NCBI RefSeq assembly: GCF_000143415.4
Contig: NW_003314274.1
Span: 2,772,623 to 2,836,622 of the forward strand
Direction of reading: 5' to 3'
Length of the DNA: 64,000 nucleotides
Source: Selaginella moellendorffii
Lineage: Eukaryota > Plantae > Lycopodiophyta
Part shown: positions 1-10,435 of the stretch, piece after piece
Numbering within the stretch: position 1 is the first letter of the stretch
How the letters are laid out: the number at the start of each line of letters is the position of its first letter
Notes under the pieces: model-generated
What the model was told of the DNA's origin: nothing
Databases searched by the model: none
The model's input: the letters and a program-made list of their open reading frames with translations, nothing else
Program-made: the position numbers and the translations under genes

Positions 1-530
1 AAGTGGAGTCCGAGATGGAGTCCGAGATGGAGTCCGAGATGGAGTCCGAGGTGGACCCGAGATGGACCCGAGTTGGAGTCCGAAGTGGAGTCCGAGATGG
101 ACCCGAGATGGAGTCCGAGATGGAGTCCGAGATGGAGTCCGAGGTGGACCCGAGATGGACCCGAAATGGAGTCCGAGATGGAGTCCGAGATGGACCCGAG
201 ATGGAGTCCGAGATGGAGTCCGAGATGGAGTCCGAGATGGAGCCCGAGATGGACCCGAGATGGAGTCCGAGATGGAGTCCGAGATGGAGTCCGAGATGGA
301 CCCGAGATGGACCCAAGATGGAGTCCGAGATGGAGTCCGAGATGGAGTCCGAAGTCAAGACCGAGACCGGGACCGAGACCGAGACCGAGACCGAGATCGG
401 GACTGAGACCGAGACCGAGGCCGAGGCCGAGGCCGAGACCGAGCCCGAGCCCGAGTCCGAGTCCGAATCCGAGTCCGAGTCCGAGTCTGAGTCCGAGTCC
501 GAGTCCGAGTCCGAGTCCGAGTCCGGAGCC
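1..530. repeat. Tandem array inside the LTR: 12-bp GAGTCCGAGATG units with 11-bp GACCCGAGATG variants, then 6-bp GAGACC/GAGTCC units
   Basis: Read directly; produces the MESE/WSPR/DGVR pseudo-ORFs. Confidence 0.95.
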
Positions 531-1528
531 TGAGAGGGTGAAAGCCCAAAGCGTTCGTCTCCCAGACCCTGGGGGTTTTGGTGAGCCCCAAAAGTATAGT
601 AGGGGGAGGACTGCAGTGGAGCCAGTTTGGCCAGGAAAGGCCAGTTTGGCCCAGGAAGGCCGGACCCAGTGTTGGGTGATGAGCTGCCCACTGGGAAGTC
701 CAAGACTAGAGTGAACACAGACCGACAAGCGGGGTAGCTTGGTGAAGTGTTCAAGAGCCGGCTCTAGTTCCCCCGGGAGATCGACTGGCCGATGCTCCCA
801 GTCCAAGTGTGGGTGGCACTACCTACTTGGATACCTGGTGTGGCTCAACGGAACCCGCTCTAAGCCCATGGCTAGAGCACCCAAGGGCAGAAGGCGAGGA
901 GAGTACCCAGGTGGCTCGCGTAAGGCCACGGTGTTCCGAAATGTTGTCCCAAAGGCCCAGACTGTGGAAAGGAAGAGGAGCAGTCCTCTGGGGTAGTGAC
1001 CAAGGACACAGTCGTGTGGTGAGGAAGTCCCAGAGGACCGTGGGACTTAGTGGTCGGGCCTGTGGGTCTCGGTCCTGTGGCAGTGTTGGCAAACACGGCC
1101 AGGGGCAGAAAGGGACTTAGTGGGGACTGACAGAGGGATATTGGGGAAGGCTATTCCCCTTGTCGGTGGGCATCCTAAGGATGCTAAGCAGTGGATCTGA
1201 GATGACCACTCACGGATGGTTTGCCTAGTCTTGGGGAGCCAAGACTGTGATGCAAGTGGTATTGGACTACCAGTGTGGCAAAGGTGATTGGGCATGGCCT
1301 TAGCGTAACGGGCTGCTATGTCGGTGGTACCTTTGAGTGTTGGTCATGGGATCGGACACGTGGAGCACTTGGACCAAGTGCAAATGTTGAGTGGCATGGA
1401 TGCCATTCTCGGGGCTAGCAAGTCCCAAGTCCTGGATTGGACTTATGGAGGTTGTGAATGAGACTCCTCCAAGTGGTCGGAGGTGTGGTTAAGTGACTAA
1501 AGTAGAATGGAAAATTTAGTCGCTTACA
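1..1528 (-). mobile_element. LTR of a retrotransposon (same family as 6526-8236), cut off by the window start
   Basis: Reverse complement of 6526-8000. Starts TGTAAG on the minus strand at 1528 (plus strand ...gcttaca). Contains the same 12-bp and 6-bp tandem arrays. Confidence 0.85.
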
Positions 1529-3866
1529 GTGAGGCCACACGCCATTCACCACTGCATCAGATGTCTTGAGGTTGCATCCTAAGATGGCGTGAGGCTACAC
1601 GCCATCTGTAACCGGACTGCACTCGAGAGCCCAATCGGTGCATGCCAATGTTGCTACTGAATGGCATGTGGCCTCATGCCATTTTCTACTTGGCCTAAAA
1701 GACTTACCATTTGAAGCCGAATGGAGGCGTGACAATCGAGGCCGGACTCGCTGGCGAATGTGCACTGTGTGTGCAGCGGATCGTAGCAGCAAGGCTACTC
1801 TGCCACTTACAGTTGGAGAGTGGCGCTGAAATCTCCCAGGACGCCAAGTGGGCTGCGTGTGGGTGGCGGAGTTGGCGGCGAAGTTACACACTGGGTGTGT
1901 CTTGAAGTGGACGCCGATGCACACAAGCGCGATGCGAGTGCAAGTGTGATGCAAGCACGAGTGGACGCCGATGCACACGAGAAACCTGTAGAGAAGGTAG
2001 ATGAGCGCAAATGTGAGCGTGATCGCGAGTGGGAGCGCGATGCAAGCGCGAGTGTGCGCACGCGAGTATGAAGCAAAATGCAAAACCTAACCTCACACGC
2101 GCGAAATGTCACGACGGTTGGTAATCCCGCAACGTCATCATTCCTCGGACTTGGGTGCCACCATTAATTTCTGGATCGCCGCGCGCATGCATGCAAGTGA
2201 AATCCAAAAGAAATCCGCAATGTCATCATCCCTTGGACTGCATGCACGTGAAATCCAAAAGAAAGATCATGATTGGGATATCATTTAATACCCTCACTAT
2301 ATTTATATCATGCATGATTGGATATTCCAAAGCATCTTGTATTTCCAAAAATGCCAGATGTTCAGCTAAATAAAGAATGGTATACAATGTCCTTCTTGAT
2401 GACCCTGCAAAGAAGCATCTCGATCGGACACCACATGAGACCACACAAGCCTTATAATGTTTCAGGGGCATTTGCCATAGATCCGACCGTTATTTTGCTC
2501 CAAGATTCTACAGTTTGGTGTGCATTGACCTTTCCATCGACACTGCAAAGGGACATCACAATCAGATGCGGGATCACAAGAAACCAACTTCACTAACTCT
2601 GGTTTCACCAAGATCTACGTAAGGAGTTATGAAATGAAAGGACCCTCTCTATTGAAATGTGTTTATGGTCCTAGGGGCATTGTGACATATCAAAAGATTT
2701 TGCATCAAGTTCTGTATTTTCATGTTTATCAAGCTACTGAATTGCTAAACCCTAAACCCTAAATATGTGGCAAATGCTGCGTGAAGAAAGATGCCCTTTC
2801 TGGGCAAATGCTGTAAGAGGCAGATGCCGAGCAGATGTATCTCAGGCTAGCAAAGGGGACAAACAAAAGCTAGCTATAAACATGACGGGATGCAAATAGA
2901 TTACTAGGCTGGTCTTGCGAAAATCAAAAACCATAATTGAAAACATTGAAAATGCAAAAAGAAAGGTATATAATATTTTTGAATTTTAAGCAACCAAAGG
3001 AATGTAAGTAGGGCATGTGTTTGTAAGTTTAAAAATGCCTCAACCACTTAAATTCCCAAGTAAATAAAGCTGTTTTTATTTTTGGTATAGGTAAACTTTA
3101 TAGCGTGTGGGCTCATGCAATTTTGAACCCAAAAATGCACCAAAAAATGCTCGACTAGCATTATTCTTTGAATGGCGTGTGGCCTTATATTGCCATAAAT
3201 CGACGTACACACACAGCATAATTATTCCTTTACACGGCGAATAATCTTGGCGCGGATTGCTGACATGGCATGGCAAAGTTCGAATCACTGACATGGCACA
3301 GCTGGATCGAGGCAAGGACATGATGTGACAAAGTTCAACGTCCGACAGCAAAGTCTAGAAGCTACTCAGTTTGAAATTTGTTAGAGGAATCATAAGATCT
3401 GGTTTGTCAGAGGATTTGATGTGACGTTCAAGCATGTGTTATTTTTGAATTCTCGAACTCATTCCTAGGTCTATCATTTTTGTGCGCCGTGTTCTTGGTT
3501 CCGCTGAGCGCAGTGAGCGCTACTTGTGTAAGCGGCGTTGTGAGCTGTGGTTTATGCGTCTACGAGCGGTTGCGGCATTGCGAGCGCCATTGCGAGCGGC
3601 AATTTATGCGAGTGGCAGTTTGTGCGAGCGGCGCTACGAGCAGTTGCGGTGGTGCGAGCGGCGCTACGGTACCACTAATGGTATGAGGGCTCATGCCATC
3701 TTGGGGCTTGCAAGTTCATCACTAGCATATTGCCAATAGTTTCTTTACCTGCCTGTAGCTCTGTGTTTATCAAGATGGCATGAGGCCTCATGCCAACTTT
3801 GTGAATGTGAAATTTCACGTAGGTGTCAATAGCATGTTTGAATAATGGCATGTGGCCTCATGCTAT
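1529..3866. repeat. Dispersed ~22-bp palindromes, consensus ATGGCRTGWGGCCTCATGCCAT
   Basis: Copies at 1584-1605, 1661-1682, 3172-3196 (degenerate), 3678-3699, 3775-3796 and 3845-3866, plus a half copy at 1529-1545 abutting the LTR. Confidence 0.85.
2746..2763 (+). repeat. Telobox / short interstitial plant telomere repeat TAAACCCTAAACCCTAAA
   Basis: About 2.5 copies of CCCTAAA. Confidence 0.5.
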
Positions 3867-3948
3867 TGAGGTTGTTTGGTATGTTATGATTTAGGCCATT
3901 CTCCAATCATTTTTTGTATGGTCTTAACTTCTTTTCTGCACTTTCAGA

Positions 3949-5376
3949 ATGGCCTCCGCAAGTGCGATGCATGTTCCCTCCGTGGATCTTAAGAACTGTG
4001 CTACATGGATTCAGACAAAGGTGTTTCTAAACAACCCCGAGGGGGAGGTGGTAGCTGAGGGCTTAGCCACAGTTGTCGATCCAAGAGATGCGGTTGCTAA
4101 TCAAGAATTGGGCTGGGATGATATTGCGATTTTAGAGGTTGTTGACACAGAAGAAAATAGTCTGACTATTGAAAGCATTGTGCGGTGGAAATTGAGGCAC
4201 TTAGTGTTTGAGAATGTGAAGGATTCACAATCAAACACCACTACAACTGATGATAGAACATCTCTTCATGGGAAAAGAAAGTACACCTTCCTAAAGCGCA
4301 GCCAAAGGGATCTGAGCAACGAACCGAAAAGGCAGAAAATGGCGATGGAGGTTCGAATGGTCTCGACAGTTGCTTGTTGCAAGAGGAGGTGCTGTCAACA
4401 TGCTGATTGGGATGCTATTGAAGAGGAGAGAGCAAGATACAAGACATTGTCCTGGAAGGCAGCTCACAATTTTGTGTATGAGGCATTACGGTCATTTGTT
4501 GATGCTTCAGAACATCAGGTGGGGGGCATGGTCTTCCAGAGGGGTTTGGTCTACATGAAGGCATGGAGAATCATTTATGGAGTCCCTCAAACCACATTCT
4601 ACAGAATCAAAACTGAGTTCGAGGAACAAAGGGTTCAACAGGCAGTCCATGGGAACGACGGTACTCACAAAACCAGGGGTCATGTTGTATATGGAGAGGC
4701 AATCTTCAAGAGGTTTGTCGAGACATGTAACGAGCAGCAACCTCATAAAACCCGCCTCTTGGAAGATGGAACACGAGACACCCAACGAGTTCTCCCTTCC
4801 ATGTATACCAAGGGGGCCATATTGGAAGATGTGAATCGGGAACTCCAGAGTAATGGCTACAAGAAGCTGAGCCAATCTAGATTTAGTAGATTGTGGAGCA
4901 ACAGGTTCAGGGATGTGAGTATAGGAAAGTACTCCAGCTTTTCAAAGTGTGACGAGTGCACTGCTATCAAAATCGCTTTGTCGAAGAATTCTTGCATCGC
5001 TCAAGAGCGAGAGACGTTGGTTAGAAGGCGGCTCGACCACAACATCGAGCAGAGAAGCTGCAGGACTGCATATTATCATAACAGGATTCTCTCCATGGAG
5101 AGACCTGACTCTTACCTCTGCATCATCCATGACAAAATGGACCAGAAAAAGACGTGCTTACCTCGACTCAATCCTGCCCCCAAGGCAATCTCTTCATCCA
5201 TGCAGCTGCCTGTGTCTCTGTTTGGCATAATCGCTCATGGGCATGGTGCCCAGAACTATGGGAACTTCTTTGTACCTCTATGGGGTGGCGGGGGTGCAAA
5301 CATAATGATTGCATCCCTAGCAAAACACTTAAGGTCTCTGCAAAGTGCGCAAGGTCTCTGCAAAGTGCAAAGTTAA
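3949..5376 (+). pseudogene. C-terminally truncated DNA-transposase-like ORF (Sola/DUF7869-like)
   Basis: Intronless 475-aa ORF in a TE block. Motifs CCKRRCC, FSKCDEC..H, IIHDKMDQKKTCLP and GIIAHG resemble, from memory, Sola/DUF7869-type transposases. The downstream LQLDN-type catalytic motif is absent. A splice acceptor (tttcag) lies just before the ATG. Confidence 0.55.
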
Positions 5377-5924
5377 ATGACTTCTCTAGACTAGCAATGC
5401 CTCTTGCTACACCTTCACAATTAGATTCGTTAGAAAAAGATAATATTGAATAATATCTAAATGTTCTCACTATTAAGTTATATGTCTGGCTAATAGGAAT
5501 GACGTTCATCTTGGAAAGTTCACCACACGCTCAATGAACAAACAAATAGTGTGTGCGCACATGCCATCGCTCTTCTTTAGCTTCAGATTCGACTTGTTCA
5601 CCTTGACAATGAGATTTATTATACAACCAGATGGACTCAGTCTGGACACAAAGTCACCGCGCTAGTCACCATGCCCCAGATATGTCTAGCCCCTGGACAA
5701 AAAACATATAATTTCACGTCATTTTCAAATACTTGAAAATTTGTACCTAGTCCCATTTTACTGAATAAATCCCACTTTAACGAAATAGAGCTTTAACTCG
5801 CCAATCTCACTTAGCAAGTCATCCAGTCATCGTAACACGGTTCATGCATAAGCATGAAAGTCCTTAATCATCAACTTTCGTTCAAAGCCCTCTCTTTGAA
5901 CACTTGGGAACTACTTCCCCAACC

Positions 5925-6119
5925 TATAAGCAACCAAAGGGAACGACTTGAGAGACGATCCATGGGGTTCAAATATAGAGGGAAAGGGCCCATGAAACAA
6001 GAGTGCACCCCCTTTTCCAATCGGTTAAGGGTCTTGGGATATTTGGGGTTAAGCGTCCTTGGGTTTGAATAGTACTGGGCTGGGTGACCTCCCGGGAAGT
6101 CCAAACTCAGGAGCTTACA
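5925..6119 (+). mobile_element. Solo LTR of a Cassandra-type TRIM carrying a 5S rRNA-derived segment
   Basis: TA(TG)...CA ends, TSD CAACC at 5920-5924 and 6120-6124. Positions 6048-6102 match the 5S rRNA internal control region. Homologous to the LTRs at 9455-10047. Confidence 0.9.
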
Positions 6120-6525
6120 CAACCTTGATAGCCTCGCCTCATAGCCAAGTTCAAAACCACGCTTCTGCTGTTCCACTCTGATTTCGCACACTCTAGGAAC
6201 CATTTACACTTGGCTTTCTAAGTACTTATCTACCCAGAATTGTCTTTGAGAACCTTCAAGGAACTCTGTTCCTTAGCTTCCTAAGGCTTCTCCTTTGCAA
6301 GCTCCCTACTCACCACATGGTCTAACATGGATAATTCCACATTTTAGACTTTCCACGACATCATGGTTGCTAGTAACAACATTTTCGAGCACCCTCTTGA
6401 TTCTCCACTCCCAACTTGCATAACCACCATTGGTTATGCCCTTCGATTTCTATGGTTCAGTTCCTCCCAATACTACTTGCCTTTTGGCCCCATATGTTTC
6501 TTTTGGTTATTCTCCTCTAGACTAG

Positions 6526-8236
6526 TGTAAGTGACTAAATTTTCCATTCTACTTTAGCCACTTAACCCGAACTTTAACCACTTGGAGGAGTCTCACTCAC
6601 AACCTCCATAAGTCCTATTTCGAACTTGGGCTTGCTAGCCTTGAGAATGACATCCCCGCCACTCCACCTTTGCACTTGGTCCAAGTGCTCCACGTGTCCG
6701 ATCCCATGACCGACACTCAAAGGTACCACCGACATAGCAGCTTATTACGCTAAGGCCATACCCAATCACCTTTGCCGCACTGGTGGTCCAATACCAGTTG
6801 CATCACAGTCCTGCCTCTCCAAGACTGGGTCAACCATCCATGAGTGGTCATCACAGATCCACTCCTTAGCATCCTTCGGATGCACACTGACAAGGAGAAT
6901 AGCCTTCCCCAATACCCCTCTTTCAGTCCCAACAAAGTCTCGTCCTACTCATGGCCGTGTTCACCAACACTGCCACTGGGTCAAGGCCCACAGGCCCAAC
7001 CACTAAGTCCCAATGCCCTCTGGGACTTCCTCACCATGTGAATATGTCCTTAGTCATTGTGCCAAAGGTTTGCTCCTCTTCCTTTCCACAGTTTGGGACT
7101 TTGGGGCAACATTTCGGAACACTATGGCCTTACGCGAGCCACCTGGGTACTCTCTCTGTGTTCTGCCCTTGGGTGCTCTAGCCATGGGCTTAGAGCGAGG
7201 TTCCGTTCAGCCACACCTGGTATCCATGTAGGTAGTGCCACCCACACTTGGACTGGGAGCAGCAGCCAATTGATCTCCCGGGGGAACTAGAGCTGGCTCT
7301 TGAATACTTCACCAAACTACCCCGCTTGTCGGTCCGTGTTCACTCTAGTCTTAGACTTCCCAGTGGGCAGCTCATCACCCAACATTGGGTACAGCCTTCC
7401 TGGGCCAAAATGGCCTTTCCTGGCCAAACTGGCTCCACTGCAGTCCTCCACTGCAGCCCCTTACTATACTTTTGGAGCTCACCAAACCCCCCAAGGTCTG
7501 GGAGATGAACGCTTTGGGCTTTCACCCTCTCAGACTTGAACTCGGACTCAAACTCGGACTCGGACTCAGATTCGGACTCGGACTCGGACTCGATCTCGGG
7601 CTTGGCCTCGGTCTCGGCCTTGGCCTCGGTCTCGGCCTCAGCCTCGGTCTCGGTCTTGGTCTCGGACCTAGTCTCAGTCCCGGTCTTGATCTCGACTTCG
7701 GACTCCATCTCGGGTCCTTCTCGGACTCCATCTCGGATTCCATCTTGGGTCCATCTCGGACTCCACCTCAGGTCCATCTCGGACTCCATCTGAGGTCCAT
7801 CTCAGACTCCATCTCGGACTCCATCTCGGGTCCATCTCGGACTCAATCTCGGGTCCATCTCGGACTCAATCTCGGGTCCATCTTGGACTCAATCTCGGGT
7901 CCATCTTGGGTCCATCTCGGGTCCACCTCAGACTCCACCTCAGACTCCATCTCGGACTCCACCTCAAACTCCATCTCGGTCCATCTCAGACTCCATCTCG
8001 AGCACTTCCACGTGTCATGTTTTGGTCCTCTTGTGTCCCCTTTTCTAGAGACTCACTCATGGCTCACCTCGTGCTTGTTCTTCGAGCCCTTCATTGGGAG
8101 TTCCACTCCCACTCTCAACCTTTTCAAGTCAGAGCTTTTAGTCCAAACATGTTACGCTTGTTTGGCTTTCGCTTCGGCCACTACCACGTGGCACCCCTTC
8201 AGCTCAACTTTGGGGCTTAGGGATTTGTGTCTCACA
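6526..8236 (+). mobile_element. Solo LTR, 1711 bp, with internal satellite
   Basis: TGTAAG...CTCACA ends; 5-bp TSD ACTAG at 6521-6525 and 8237-8241. Hexamer and 12-mer arrays at ~7540-8000. Confidence 0.9.
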
Positions 8237-8598
8237 ACTAGGAGGATAGCTTTGCACATTTTACCATGCCTTAGCAAGTATTCATAAAGATGAACCTACC
8301 CAATAGCTTAGGGAGTGGTTCCTCAATCTGGGCATGCTCACCTTATAATCCCACACACCGGGATTACCGTTGCTACTTATGGGCCTCCATATGCCCATCA
8401 CTAGCCTTCCCAAAATCCCATTTTTGGCTTTGTCCAAATCGGGTAGACGGATTCCTTTCATCTCCACAACCTTGGATGTTTAGATGGCATCTCCTATCCA
8501 TCATTCGCTAGGGACTTAGTCCCTTGGGCCTTATCTATTGCCCTCGCGACACTAAACACCACCTTCTGGTGTTCTAGAGTGTTTGGGTGTCCCAATGA

Positions 8599-9399
8599 TG
8601 CTCAGCCATGGGCTTAGAGCAAGGTTCCGTTGAGCCACACCAGGTATCTAAGTAGGTAGTGCCACCCACACTTGGACTGGGAGCATTGGCCAGTCGATCT
8701 CCTGAGGGAACTAGAGCTGGCTCTTGAACACTTCACCAAGCTACCCTACTTGTTGGTCTATATTCACTCTAGTCTTGGACTTCCCACAGTTCATCACCCA
8801 ACACTAGGTTTGGCCTTTCCTGGCCAAACTGGCTCCACTGTAGTCCTCCCCTTACTATACTTTTGGAGCCCACCTTTCTGGGCCAAATTGGCCTTTCCTG
8901 GCCAAACTGGCTCCACTGCAGTCCTCCCCTTACTATACTTTTGGAGCTCACCAAACCCCCCAGGGTCTGGGAGACGAATGCTTTGGGCTTTCACCCTCTC
9001 AAACTAGGGTTCGGGCTTGGGCTTGGTCTCGGTCCTGGTCCCGGTCTCGGTCTTGGTCTCGACTTCGGACTCCATCTCAGGTCCGAGATCGGTCCCAGTC
9101 TCGGTCTTGGTCTCGATCTTGACTTCGGACTCCATCTCGGACTTCATCTCGGGCCCATCTCGGACACTTCCACGTGTCATGTTTTGGTCCTCTTGTGTCC
9201 CCTTTTCTAGAGACTCACTCATGGCTCGCCTCGTGCTTGTTCCTCAAGCACTTTGTTGGGAGTTCCACTCCCACTTTTGACTTTTTCAAGTTGGAGCTTT
9301 TAGTCCAAATGTGTTACGCTCTTTTGGCTTTCGCTTTGGCCACTACCACGTGGCACCCTTTCAGCTCCACTTTGGGGCCTAGGGATTTTGTGTCTCACA
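8599..9399 (+). mobile_element. 5'-truncated third copy of the same LTR
   Basis: Matches 7175-8236 and ends at the same tgtgtctcaca. Has an internal ~75-bp duplication (~8810-8950) and a much shorter satellite. Confidence 0.85.
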
Positions 9400-9454
9400 A
9401 TTGGTTCTGTCACTTTGCTAGTTTAGATCTCACTAAATCTGCTATAGACACCTT

Positions 9455-10047
9455 TGTAAGCTCTTGAGTTTGGACTTCCCGGGAGGTCACCCAGCCCAGT
9501 ACTATTCAAACCCAAGGACGCTTAACCCCAAGTATCCCAAGACCCTTAACCGATTGAAAAAGGGGGTGCACTCTTATTCATAGGCCCTTTCCCTCTATAT
9601 TTGAACCCCATGGATCGTCTCTCAAGTCATTCTCTTTAGTTGTTTACAATCCACCACACTTCCCTGCAAGTTCACGCCCTCGTGAACGGAAGCTAAGAGC
9701 CGCAGCTCTCCCGAGAGCCCCACTCTCTTGACACCCTACCCCTCGGGTTGAGCCTAGCGGGAGCAAACTGGACCAGCCAGATGTCAATCAACATGTGGTG
9801 TGATTCCTTTAGCCAACCAACAGAGTTGGATCTAAGACCGCTCTAATACCAAATGTAAGCTCCTGAGTTTGGACTTCCAAGGAGGTCACCCAACCCAGTA
9901 CTATTCAAACCCAAGGATGCTTAACCCCAAGTATCCCAAGACCCTTAATCGATTAGAAAAGGGGGTGCACTCTTATTCATGGGCCCTTTCCCTCTATATT
10001 TGAACCCCATGGATCGTCTCTCAAGTCGTTCTTTTTGGTTGCTTACA
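9455..10047 (-). mobile_element. Complete Cassandra-type TRIM (593 bp, non-autonomous, 5S-containing LTRs)
   Basis: 194-bp LTRs at 9854-10047 (5') and 9455-9648 (3') with TG..CA ends. PBS TGGTATTAGAGC (iMet-like) at ~9840-9851; PPT GGGAAGTGTGGTGGAT at 9649-9664; TSD ACCTT at 9450-9454 and 10048-10052. Confidence 0.93.
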
Positions 10048-10435
10048 ACCTTCTCTATCTCAATCTTATTACTCATTTTGGAATAATCTTGAATCATACC
10101 AATATAAATATTGCTTTTTAAAACATTAATATTAACTTTTTGTATCAACTTTCTAGGTGTCTCCAACACCTTCTATTGCACATCTTTGTTGTGCAAATTT
10201 TACTTCCCCATTTTAGGGAGTTCTTTACTTGAGGCACTATTATCCTCTCTTTTATCTCATGCCCTGTCATATAAAGACCAAAACATGTTCTAAAGAACCA
10301 TACCACTAACCTAGTAAAACTTTTGCAAGCTTTATCAATATCTTCATCCCATGAGTTTTTCTCATTATGTCTATATAGGCCGATCAAGTGCTTTTGAGTA
10401 TACTTGGTCATTTTATAATGTTCTGATTTTGATCA

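Noticed and set aside
3-714. MESE-, WSPR- and DGVR-repeat proteins (also 7340-8287 and 8863-9280)
   Set aside because: These are by-products of stop-free 6- and 12-bp tandem repeats within LTRs; no evidence of real coding.
1584-3866. CRISPR-like array of palindromic repeats
   Set aside because: Spacing is irregular (tens to ~1500 bp), the context is eukaryotic and there are no cas genes.
6048-6102. Functional 5S rRNA gene
   Set aside because: Only ~55 nt of the internal region is present, embedded in an LTR with a TSD; the 5' part and terminal stem are missing.
1-8236. Giant composite transposon with ~1.5-kb terminal inverted repeats around the transposase ORF
   Set aside because: The right arm is a solo LTR with its own TG..CA ends and ACTAG TSD, and the left arm interrupts a palindrome. 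These are two independent LTR insertions in opposite orientation.
6125-8598. Identity of the sequence hosting the solo LTR (6125-6520 and 8242-8598)
   Set aside because: Probably a decayed retroelement, but no diagnostic motif was recognised, so no call was made.
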